From Styela clava (Eukaryota), in contig NC_135259.1 of the NCBI RefSeq assembly GCF_964204865.1, positions 2,170,001 through 2,234,000 of the forward strand: a stretch of DNA of 64,000 bases, written 5' to 3'. Position numbers and translations under genes: made by a program. The notes beneath the pieces were generated by a model, which was given only the letters and a program-made list of their open reading frames with translations, did not search any database and was not told the DNA's origin. This document shows, piece by piece, positions 1 to 13,300 of the stretch (positions within the stretch are counted from its first letter, which is position 1; each line of letters starts with the position of its first letter).

Positions 1-1955
1 ATACATAGATATTCATCAATAGGAGTGTTTCATTTTAGAATAATTAGGAACATTGTATATACGTTGATTATGAAATGGCAATTCGAAATATCGACGTATC
101 GGTATCGGCGAAAAAGTGATATATATCGTTACATCTTCATTTCAAACGTGTGGATATTTGATGTTTCAGACGAAATGAGTCATACATTAAATATTTGTGT
201 AATTTATAAAGAAAACAAACCATCATTGAACGCTGCTTTTTGTTATACAATCCACGAGTCTTCAACTGAAAGGCGACGGAGCACTGATAGAGAATAATAA
301 TAATGGGGTTGCAAGCGGCCATAATGTGTTGAAGCTGCTGATGGCCGTCGGCGAACTCTGCTACCGTAGCCCCAAACTGCACCGAAGTAGTAATGTATTA
401 TACACACTCCTGTCTGAATACGTTTTGTAGTAATATGTCAAATATGAATTAAAAAAAAATGGCCAATCGAAGAAATTTCTTGGATGCGTCGTTTACATGT
501 CTATTTTTCGCCTCACAAGATCACGAATGGTTTGGGCCGGGGAAAGGTTAATTGGCAATCAAAAAAAGGCAAGGAAACCGCAGTGTAATATGGTTTCTGA
601 TAGAATCGACGATAAATCATCAAACTCAATCAACCAACCCGAAGTCAATCTGTAATCTCATAGATAATGAAAAGTGGGTAACTTACCTATATACATAACC
701 TAAGTTAGGTGAAAAAAATTAGAAACAATAATTTTCTAATTTATATTTTTGAAGAAATCGACCATATGACTTACAATTGTTATCTTTACTGGGAAGCGGA
801 AAAAATAAACAACCACAAATCATTGTTTGAACATTGAATCGATCAATTTCTACGAAGTGTGATGATGACAACAAGAACAAGTGTACAGAAAATCATTATT
901 ATGCCTGAAGCAACGTTTTGCCAGGTGTGAAATACCAAAATTGTTATCTAGGATTTTGAAAGACAAAACTGGCCGCAATCCTCTGGAATTTTGAACTTTA
1001 ATTCACTCAGCGTCATTCAGTGTGGTTGGTGAATACGGTTCTGACATACGGCGTTGTTTGGGTGTATATAACTTCACAACAGACTTGACAGTTTACCAAG
1101 TGAAGTTTTCGAAACAAAATAGTTTTAACGCTTATATCAACTATTATAAAACGCTTGTTCTGAAAATGCAGTATTCCGAGTAAGGAAATTTCACTAATCC
1201 GTATGAAAGCTTACGAATAGCAATTAGGGAATTAAAACATCGATGATACACTAAATTCACTCTTCGTATATTCTCTATAACTGTAAATTATTGCAGATAA
1301 GTTGATATAGATATTTCACAGTACAGAAAATTTGAAAATAGCTTGTAAGCAATAAAGGATTTCAAATCTTACACATCACATAAACAAGAATAGAATGTGA
1401 CAACGACCACTCCTAATTTGTATGTGTTAGTAATGCTTTGACAGTGATGCGCAAAATTTGAAATTCTCTAAATGCATTCATTTGCATTACATTTTTGCTA
1501 TATATATATTTTCATTGTATTTCAAAAAGATTGCTTTGAATATCCGTTACAAACACAGCAAACAAAAATATTTATCCCACATAATTGTTAACTCTGATAG
1601 GCAAAACCTTGATCGTGCAAACATTTTTGTTTCAAAGAATAAAAAATTATGCGTTTAATGTAGGCTGTGAAAACCATTTTCTACGTTACGATCCCCACTC
1701 TTGTATTCTATACTTGACGCGTTGAGTCTTTATATGTAAGATCTCGGATTTTTCAAGCATAACAGACATTTTAAGTTTATAGTATAGGATAGTTTTCTGA
1801 TGTTATAGGTTACCAAAACTAGTATCATATCATAAAAATCAAAGCAACAATGAATGAATGGCAAGAATTAGTGCCATATAACTTACATATTCATATAGGT
1901 ACCTTTACCAAACTGACTAGGTACTGAGGTAATAGCGAAGAAAGGGACTGAGGCA

Positions 1956-4333
1956 TTAAACAAATGGATTATTCAGACCTATGTAAGCAAAGCTTGGGCA
2001 CGCATTTACTCTAGTGGGCACGAGCTGCCCGTCAGTGTTATTTTTATGTTGAATGCTAGTTGAAACCAGTTTCTTTCCCATCATTGTTAAATCATACATT
2101 TTAGCCATACAAAACTTTACATGGTCGGGTTCACCATTAAAAGATTTGTTTAGACATCTTAATAACCTAGAATATATTAATGAAAATTGAAAATTCAATG
2201 TTGATGCCAATGTGCCCCGAACATATGTAAAATGGTTCGGATTTGATACAATCGGCCAAACACCGTCTTCAAAAAATGTTATTGTACTACCCGCGTAACA
2301 GTATTTCCAAGGAGACTGCAATGTCTTACACCATTTGGATATGTTCAAACATTCGTAGTAATCTAGAACGTCATTATCTCTAATTTTAATCAACTTGCGA
2401 CCGTGAATTATTTCTTGAAAACGATAATAGTGTGACAACGTGGAGGAGACATTTTCGTCATCAAAATCTTCAAATGGCGAGCAGGATGAACCTCCTTCTC
2501 CTTCATAGACAATCTCTATTATTGACCGAAGAGCAGATGACAGATCGGTCACTTCAAAAATAACTTCAGATATTTTGTCTAAATTTGGCGTAGACGTGCA
2601 TACACCACTATCATTAAGCGTCATATTACTCGATGATGCACTTAGAACTTCATTTCCATGAGCCTCTCCAAGTGGCGGAAAAGTCCCCATCGTTTGAGAT
2701 ACAGATTCAGCAGCACATTGTCTACTCTCAGCAGTGGACGCTCTTTTATACCAGTGCCTTGAATTCATTTGTTTCTTGGTATCTCCGGTGAATATGGTCG
2801 AGGTGACGTTTCGATTAGATTTGCTATCATAATCAGGTTCCCCAAGTACTCGGAGTTTTACACAAGATTCCAGCTGAGCCAGTTTTAAGGCTATCTTTGC
2901 ATAAAAGCCACCGACAGTATGCAAGTCCTCGTCATCAATTTGAGCCAGTTTTGAAGTAGCGAAGTCTCTTATATTTGTCCAAATTTTTTCTGTTGTAATA
3001 TGTTCTTTGCTCGTCGATGCTCCGCTCATTTCTTCATTCGAGTTCACTGAATGTTTCTTTTGTCCTTTACTCTCTTCATTTCTTAGAAATTTTCTCAGTA
3101 ATGCAGATAATCTTAAATTTCTTTCTGGTGATGAGTTTGTACGTTTTTCTGTTTCTGAAACCAATTTCCAAAGTGTAGCAATGTGACCGAGGAGCTGCAA
3201 AATATGATTTGACAATTGTCTACTTATCATCACAAATTTCCGCGACAGACTGGTGCATAGAAAATAATCCTCACTTAAAACATTGCCCATCACAGGCGAT
3301 ATATATATACACAGATATGTATATATATATTATAGATTAGAAGGTATAAATGAGGAAACTTCTCTCTATAATCTAGCAGCTGAATCTTATTATTTAATTC
3401 TGACGTTGAGTTTATTGGTGAAAATATCATGTACAAGTATACCTGTTTTTTTACCTTCGACCAATGCATACAATCAATTATTCGCACCTAAACTTTTACC
3501 TTTTTGCCTCTGTCATTGACGGGACGTTCAATAGCCGAGAAAATGTCCTTAACTGTTCCGATTGACATTGGTCCTAACGATAATACATTTCCTCTCGCAA
3601 GCCCGTAAATACCTCCCAGAGTTGGTGTTAAAGGATAACTCGGATTGTGAGATGTAAATTTAGGAATGCCTCCAATCTATTAACATATATAGTGTATTAC
3701 TGAAATTATGCATTGTGAGAAGTTCTATACGAAAGGGAATGCAGTGAATGATATTTACGGAATATGATTAGTTGTCAATTTGAAGAATGTATATATATCG
3801 CTGTTTCACAATGTTGATGGAGCACACAGTACTTCTTTTATGTTGGGATTTTCAACTCCATTTTTGCAATAATCCAAATTGCCCAAAGATCAATCTATTA
3901 TATAGTTTTTTCAGAATTTATCACTTTAATTGTAGTAGCTGATACACGAGAGAGAAGCTGGTCAGTTTTGGTCAGCTTCGAAAAACTATTGATAAATGAT
4001 TATGAAAAGAGATATTAGCAAATGAAATTACTGGATAAATAAATATGATCAATGAATATATTTGATATTTTAACTTGTAAGTGTACCGACATACCGAGTT
4101 TAAAAGATTACTGGCAAGAACCATGTGTCTCATCTCATCATTGACGGTTTTTTTCAAAATGTCCGCCACCTCTTTATTTCGACCACGCTCCCATTTTATA
4201 CTGAGCCAGGCCGTCAGATACGGCGGTATGACCGCAAACTCGAGGAAAAGTGCGTTATGTATATCCAGCTTCAGCTTTTCAATTTCTTCTTCAAGTGCTT
4301 TACTACTACATATGTTCTTTGAGATTTTTTTTA
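1956..4333 (-). CDS. Ferritin-like (PF12902-type) C-terminal region of the VioB-like gene (exons 14-16)
   Basis: LEFAVIPPYLTA, EMRH, IERP, EGEG and SHYYRF motifs, typical of VioB/RebD-associated ferritin-like domains. Confidence 0.85.
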
Positions 4334-7300
4334 CTGAAATAAAAAATGCCAAAAATATCAAAAGTTTTATCTTTTATCAAATATATATTTTTCTTTCTGT
4401 AAAATTGCATTTGATTGATTGACATTTTGACGTTATATTGCACCATAAATATTTACAGTAATATTAATATTTTTTCTACATCAGGTAACAACTCTATGTT
4501 TAGATGGGATTAGTTAAACAATTTTGTTTCAGTTGCATATGTATTGAAGATTATGAAAAGGAGGGGAGCATATGCAAATATAGTATTAGGTGGTTTTTTA
4601 AATTTATACTATAACCACAAAAATGTGTATTTCCAAATATAACATTTACTCTCGATTTTGTTTCTAAAACACTCTTTGATAAAGGATTGAGTAATTACAT
4701 CATCATCACATTACCTTTTTGAGATTTACCTTCTTTCATGCCACATTTCATCCAATTCCAAATCAAACGTCTTTTACTGTAGGATAAATCGCGCTGTGTC
4801 GGCATGAACCTGAATAGATAATGAAGCAAAGTAGTTTTTAGTTGAAGTTACATTTGTACGCAGCGAACCAGCAGATACAGTCGCTATTTGTGGATGGTTC
4901 GAGCAATCTATTTTGCAACTTAACTTTATTCACTGGTTACTTTACTATACTTTCAATATTTGAAACAGTATATAATCTGCTCAATATACACTTATTATTT
5001 TATCGTTTTGGGTCATCCTGTACAATCGTATTGTTGTACTGTGTTCGTGAGCTGACAATAAAGACATTGCCTCGTTAAAGTGCCTGACAGACTGGGGAAT
5101 TAGTGCAGGCGCTACAGTTTCCATTTGTCGTCTTTGTTCGTGAGCTGACAATAAAGACATTGCCTCGTTAAAGTGCCTGACAGACTGGGGAATTAGTGCA
5201 GGTGCTACAGTTTCCATTTGTCGTCTTCTGACGACAGAGGAAACGTCTTCCTCCAAACAACAAATAAAACCCAAAAGATATTTTCTAGGCTACAACTGCA
5301 CCGATATATACATTACCAGGATTCGATTTGATTTGGCATTTGAAAAAGATTTACGAGCGAGAATGGACTATTTTATTTTCTGCCTTCAAAAATATTTCTC
5401 GTTCCAAATCATGAGCATGTTTTGGACAATAATCTCTGCTAGTGCTGTCTGATCAACAAGGTCAGTGGGAAATGAACGATGACCTCATGGGTTTCGAGAA
5501 CTGGTGTACGAGTAGGAATGTGGTATGCTTTTAAACCAACTCATATAATGTTTATGAACATTTGTTGCACATGTCATGTAACTTTTCTATGAAACAGAAA
5601 TTTCCTAGGGTTCCTACCTAGGGTTCTCCATATCGTACTCGAACATTGCCATTTTCAAAATGCGAGCTTTTGCTTTGACGTCTTCATAAGAATTCGTGTC
5701 GATTATCTTGTTTTTCCACATAACAGGATACAAATTATAATAAAGACGGAAAATATCTGTGATAATTATGGGGCATGTTTTTAAAACGTAAAAGGGGTAT
5801 TTCGTTTCTATTGTTTTTTCCAATTAAATTCAAATTATGGTAGAATAAAAAAGCTCGCGGTATAGTCTTACAACTTTATTGATTAACATTCCACTGAAAA
5901 AGTCACATACGAATAACATTTGTAGACATTTGTCAACATTTACCTTTTATATCCTGCCAAGTCGGACATTCGACATTTTCGACCTCATCATAAACCCTAG
6001 CAGCGATTGGTATAGAAGTAATATCAATATGGGATCCAGTGACTTCTTCATTTGAACCCTCTTCAAAAACATACGAGTGAGACTCGGTGCTGTGTCTAAT
6101 TTAAAAAATAAGAGTGAATCGATCGAAATCTGGTAGACTCGCTCTACATAATGTGGACATAATCAAAAATTTGAATGCAGAATAGTGAAAGAAACTTAGT
6201 AAAGAAAATAGAGAAGCTATGGAGATATTAGATGAATTTTTTATTGAATCCAAATCAGGTACTTCAGATGAGATGAAAATCTAGCGACATACCAACAAGA
6301 ACTGACTTTGAAAGTCTTGAACTACGCCTTTTTTCGGTGGTAATGAAGCTACATAAATGTGGCCCACTGTGCCAAAGGTGGCATGTCATGAGCTCGATCA
6401 TGGCACATGAATAATTTGGTGAAAAGTAATTCTTGTATTCATGATAAATCATATAACTCACGTTATATCGAAATAAACTTAAACTGTTCATTTAAACATT
6501 GCTATCTCGTAGCTGTGTTATCATTAATGAAAATAATATGTAAGTACACCAGACTACAGTAGCGAACGGTTAGGTAGATAAAACGTAATTTTCCTATTTA
6601 GCGTATATCGCAATATAGAGCAACTGCTCAAAATAGTCATGTGCATGTCGATGATTTGGAAATTGTAATGTATCATGGGTGTAACACACGAGCATCACAC
6701 TCAATCAAACACTGTGCTGAGGTAAAGGTAACGTTGGGGACTAAATCGTGACTATAGTAACGTGGTATAAAACACCCATTTTCATAAACTAGAACAATTT
6801 CTACTAGAGCTCAGATATTTAGGCGGTAAAATTTACCTTACTAAGATTTGTAAGGGATAAATCTGCCCATCTAATCCACATTGTCTTGGGGATCCGGGTG
6901 AGCGAACGCCATACATGTCAAAGTCAACGATTCCAGTTGAATTAGTAAACGGTTTTGTCCCAACAGGTGTTATTGAGAGAGCTGCCTCTGGCCATCCTAA
7001 AGTGCTGTGAATATTCATGAAACTGAATTTAATATTTAGAGAAAGAAATAGGTATAAACAGGTCCTACACAAAACATGTGTTTTCCTCCTAATCAGTGCA
7101 GCGAATTGTACTATCGGGGTTTATGTGATAATCTCTGTGAGATGCCTAAGTCTAAATTTAATCCATTGCCCTTGCAGTTTTTCATTAAATTTTTCAGCGT
7201 TAAATACAAATTATTATTTAAGAAAAGCTAAATTGTCGATATATATATCTTTATTTGTGTGTTTTTATCCAACGAGTTGAACAATTCGTGGATGTTTGAA

Positions 7301-10300
7301 GAAAAACATTCTTGGGATCGAAAACGTTTTCAGCAAAGGATTTTTACATAGTTCACAAAACGTGAGTTAGATGGTATTTTAGATTAAAGTCATTTTGTAA
7401 AATACTTTTTTAACGCATTATGCAATACATTTTTGAATTTTGTTTCTCATACCTGTTACAATGGAATGGACAAGCTCCCATTTTAATATGCTTCAAAGAT
7501 TTAACATTCACTTGTGATGCTGCAGACGGCATACCGAATCTGCTAACAAAAACTGATAAACGTTGTCTCTCACCCGGATTTATTCTGTGGACAGCTGGTC
7601 CCATAATACCGATATGCATACCAAACTTAGATTCCGTTAGTAATAGGTTCCAAGGTCTGTAGAAATGTTTGAATGTTATAAAAAATGGTTAGCCCTTTTC
7701 GCTGTATACATATTACTCCGAAATTTCGTATGACTTAATAAATATTTAGGTTGTACAATATTATAGCCTGTTTCATTTCATTCGAAGAGATACTATAGTA
7801 TATACTACTATATTGCTAAATATATATATAATATCGTCACGCTAATACCCGAATTGCGTAAGTCATTTTTAGCAGTTTTGAGAAAAACGTGAAAAACTTC
7901 CTAATGATATTGTTATGCCATTGAGAGTCAATAATTTGCCATGGTTCAATTTTTTTTTATCGTAGCCGGATTTAAGTTAATTTGTTTGACGCAGTTAAGT
8001 GACGTGATAATGGCGCACTGTGACTTAGGCAGAAATGTGTCTATGACTTGGGGACATACGCAATTATGCAACTTTAATATATGCACCAGTCCTGAAAACT
8101 AAACATTCCAAAAACGAATGTAATTCTCAGTATCTACTATGTCTAATCCCCAAAATAGCTAATCAGTTTCAATTACATTATTTTTTATGTTTAAAAGTAT
8201 ATATTTTATCAATATAACACGTTCTGCACACCCATCGAAATAAGACTAAGATTTAATATAAAGAATAAAACAGCAATGCACCCAATATAAAAGCCAACCA
8301 AAGTAAATTGGACTCGGTCGGACAGTGAATATCACAAGTGCACGTCTTCCCATACTGTAGTATAAATTCAAATTAATACGCGCTAAGCTAGAATCCGAGA
8401 TGCAAAAACTCGAAAATACTCCGCCGAGATTATTTTGCTTTTGTCACAATAGTCATGCGGTAACAATGATGATTCATTATGACAAAACAATTGCACAAAT
8501 GTGCATGTCATACTAAATCTCCATTTTTATAGGTTTCGGAATTTCTAAAATAAAATTTGAGTTAATAGACAGGTGCGCAGCATTACATAAATACCTATTT
8601 TATAAAAAACTCAAAATCGCCAAAAATGACTTACGCAATTCGGTTATTAGCGTGACGATATATAAGTATACTTATATATAAATATAAGTAAATAAATTGC
8701 CTATTTCTCCTGGAACATACTTGCTATCAGGATTTTTGTTTGACACAAGAACCAGTTGATTTTGCCGTAACAACTTCATCATTTTGTCGTCAACGTCTTT
8801 CAGACTTATATCAAAAACTCCGCCAAGCTTTTCATACCAATCAGCGCCTGCATTAATTCGCCTTGAAATCTCCCCATTGGTTGTCAAAAGATGCAAAGTT
8901 GTCCTGTCGGGTTCGTAATTCTTCAAACATAGCTCCGGAGACCAATAATATCTTTATACAAGTCGTCAAATTTGAAATGAAATAATTACAAAATCGAGCA
9001 CAAGTAAGTCAAATGTATATAACATAGTTATAATAATACCCCATTGATTACGCCACTATTATCACAGTCGTGGTTAATTACAGACATCTAGAATGCTTTT
9101 TGGCATTTATTTCACAAAAATCCTCACCTACAGGCATCTTTTGACTTAACTAGCACTCCAATATCAACAATCTTAGTTGTTTTAAATATTCCGAACTTAT
9201 CACATGTGATTGCGTTTGACATATCCATAGTCAAATACTTCTCTTTATAATGAACGAAAAACGGAGCAAAACCGACATTTTTCCAGCTATCTGCCCTAAT
9301 GACTCGTGTTGCGACTGTTTGAACCGGATCGTCATTTGACGTTAACCCTGAAATGCATCATTGAAATGCTAAAGGTATATTATTAACAAATAACCAAGTA
9401 CAGGGAACAAATAAATAGCATATATTCTTTGATTACATATTGGCGATATATTATAGAATAAAGATCAGGAAAATAAATACAGAGCGTAAAGTAGCAAACT
9501 AACAACAACATCGGGATCTTCACAATGTACGCACATTTGGGTATAACACACTAGCATGCTATATCCCGACAGAGTCAAATTATCATGACAAACCCATTGC
9601 CAATATAATATCGACATGCAGTGTGCTATGAATTGTTCCTGCATGATTCTGAATAACAGAAGATTAAACATTTGAAATATCCTGATAAAATGTTGCACTT
9701 ACCTATTGTTCCAGTTATTCGCCCCCGGGTGAGATCGAATCTAAACTGATCCAGAACAAATGAGATCGACAGCTCTGTGACGTTATTAAACATATGCTTG
9801 TAATGATTGCTGAACCATTTGATATTTGATAACCTACTGTATAAAAACAAAAAACAGTTGGAACAACGAATTACATTTAAATTTTTTTGTCCTGAAACAT
9901 ATTATTTTATCAGATGGAAATTTGATTTTCCAGGAAAGATTCTATGTTATATAAATCGTGAACACTGTAAAACTACTGATGTTGCCTGCTGTTAAAATAG
10001 TACTGCCATGTTACGGCTACTACTCTGAAATTATAAATGGACACTGTGCTACGACATAGTCTATCGCAATCCCCTGTATATATTTATATATCCCAGGCTT
10101 GTTACAAAATACAATGTACAACATGTACGAAAGAAGGTATTATGAATCGTTATCACATTCCCTTATTGCTTTAACATGATTGTTAATTGGTGAATACAGT
10201 CGGAGACATATGTAGCATAATAACACAAAATTAACATAATTTGGATGAATATCCAGGCGATTCCAAGCAGAATGTTTGACGAACCACAAAGTTTTTTTTT

Positions 10301-13300
10301 TGCAACCGAACAAATACGAGAAAAACGTATATAGCATACACACTGATGTAACACCAATGAATACAACAATGAATTATCTAGAAGAATACAGTGAACATGT
10401 GTGAACTATCATATCTGAGAACACCAAGAGGTAAATTGCGCCGGTAATTAAATTGAGTACTGTAATTTATAATGTAGTTCGATTAAACCGTTGCATTTTG
10501 AGGGTACTTTGCATTTGATGAGGACATTTGTACCATAAGTAGGTAAGAATACTTTGGTGATACAGAAATCTCTATTTTGAAAGTCTTTGAAAGTAAAAGA
10601 TGCACGCATTATAAATATTATTGTGATATTTGATCCCCTTAACACTATGCAAACCTAATAATATGTATTGTCTAAATTTTGTAGACATTTGCAAATACTC
10701 GTGTCAAAGTCAAAACAATATTGATTGTATGAAGAGTTATGTGTGTGTAGTATGAAAGTGTATGTTTGTTAAGTGTAAGTTTTAACAATTTGAGTAGTTT
10801 GCTTTAGCTTGAATTCATCTTTTTCAGGAAATATGTTCGGTCAGCTCATCACAAATTTTTCGACCAATGATTAAATTCTGTTATACACAAAAATATCGAA
10901 CAACAAGAGTCAATTTTTGCAATATTCGTGGATGTCATGTTACCTTTTATAAGTTGTGCTTTTGCTCACATCACCAGAACTCCCAGCTAATCGTTTCCTC
11001 ATCTTCCTCATCGAAACTCTGGAATATTTCGCTTCCAGTATCCTTGGTATGATTATCGTGAAACCCCATATTTCAGATGCCTGTTGCCAATCAGGATCCA
11101 AGTCTACAATTACTGCCATTTCAGTTTCTGTTTGACGATAATTGTGGCGGTCATTAATTAACGTTTTATTAGCGCAGTCTATTAGGTGCAAAAAAATCGC
11201 TAGCGGGATAGAAGTTATACACATATTTATTTGTTGTTACACCAAATTTGTAGTAAAACTCGAGAGTGTTTTATTTATAATAAATAATTTGTTACATAGG
11301 AATTGATAGTCACGATATCGGACATTAATTAAAATTCTGATTGCATGTTTTGATTATTTGTTCAATACTTAATTTCAAAGGGAAAATTGCCGGGTTTCTC
11401 GTACCAAAAATGACAAAATGGAGCGTAGGGATTAATCAAATACAACCCACCACGGATTTTCATGTTGACTATTTTATCTGTCGTTGAACATTTCCCAGGT
11501 TTTTTGCAAATCGATGTCACTTTTGTATCGATAAAATACAAATGACCGCTGCCATCGGGATTCCAATTTCCGATCTGTTGAAGATAGAATTTTAAAATTC
11601 ATGTGGAGCCTGAAACTCTTGGGGGGTAAGACATATAATCTCAATGTAAGGAGTTCCATAGTGTGATCTCATGTTAAAACTATGTATTTCTCAATCGATG
11701 ATCGATATTTTTTTTTTATCTAGTCTTTAATCTTTGAGGTTATGTACGTGTTTGGAGTATTATAATCAAACATTTCCTTGTTCATCATTACTTGAGATTG
11801 CGAAATTATAAAATATCGCCACGCTATACCCCCGGTTTTTAACTAGCGGGCCATGGATAACTGCTGGGCCACAGAAACATTTGAGGTGGGCCACAAACCT
11901 ATAGAATATTTCTATTAGTATTGAAAAATTTGGTCTGATTTACGTCACTATGGTTAGATTTTAATTGTGGTAGCAATGAACGGTACTCTTTTTCATTCTA
12001 ATTATTAAGGTGAAAGTGTTTATTTTTGCGAAAGGAGATTTTATTTTACTTGTAGTTTATACCTTGCATAAAAAAGTTAATGTGTAACAGAATATTTAGG
12101 CTAAGAAAATGGGCCACGAAAAAAAATAAGATTGAGAACCAATGCGCTCGTCGATTAATGGCAAAAAATGACAGTGCTAATTGAACATTTAATCACAAAT
12201 CCTTCACTGTGCGTTCAAAAAACTGGAAGTTTACTGGAAGTTTTTGATAACTCGAACTCCGAGGAATCCAGCTGGTAATGACTATTTCATGCTTTGACAA
12301 AACTTTGTATGTGAGCTTTCATGCACCCGCACCAGCTACCATTCCATGTCGGTGGGAAAAGTGAACTACTTATTCGTTTCAGATGCATGGATGGTGGAGA
12401 TGTTGATCTGAAGATGATCTAAAGATTGGACATGTTTGGAGTACGATAACTAGTATCAGACTCTTAAATTACTTATGACAAGCAAGTTCAACACTTTTCT
12501 ACAATTATCTACCCCCCATCTCCAAATATTGGTTTAATACTCTATACGTTTACATTCCAAATGAAAATACGGCTAGGAATCCTCTAGAATTTTGGATAGC
12601 TAGGATACAAGTTTTACTTACGTTTTTCGAAGCGGAGGCAGTAAGAAACTGTTTTGTGTCATAGTTACATCGATTGTTATTCACGGTTGATACATCTAAT
12701 ACTAGTTTTCCATGAAAATGAATTCGCGGCCATGAAAGATAGCCTGCATTAAAAAGACATTCTAATTTAATTTTTTTGATTTTAGTAAAAATTGCGTTCA
12801 TGCATGTTTTTACTACATGAGTCAGCTCATGACGTTGATTTCGTCTTTCATTCATGCACTGACATCACGCAATCAATCGAACACCTAAGGAAGTAAACTT
12901 AACTTATATCAATATAAATTCTTGATTGCTTTAGGTAATTGTCCCCTTTTTCCGTTTCCTTTTTCTATAATTTTTACCAAGATCTGTTTTTAATATTTGC
13001 GTACAAAACATCTTCCTTATATGCTTTCATTGAATAGAACAGTGCTATAGGTGTATATAACAGGGTTCAAACCATAATATGCTAAAAAATGAACAATCCA
13101 ACATCGCGATCCCCTTTTCCAGTCAAAATGCTACAGGTATTTCGAATAGCAGTGGGTCTTTAAAGTTCGTTAATTAATTTTAATTGTTAAAACGGAAAAA
13201 AGATGAATAATTACTTGGACAAAACTGGAACATGCAAGGTCGCTGTTCTTCTTTGGTCACTTTGCAGAATGATGTGGGATATTTGCAGGTTTTTCTCCAT

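Noticed and set aside
1956-3293. 445-aa ORF as a stand-alone or bacterial contaminant gene
   Set aside because: It is the last exon of the spliced gene (acceptor before 3194); the conserved N-terminal ferritin helices lie in the upstream exons.
12200-12272. Candidate extra exon (WIPRSS...) of the VioB-like gene
   Set aside because: It runs into a stop, and the 11574-11451 exon supplies the WNP motif in the correct phase.
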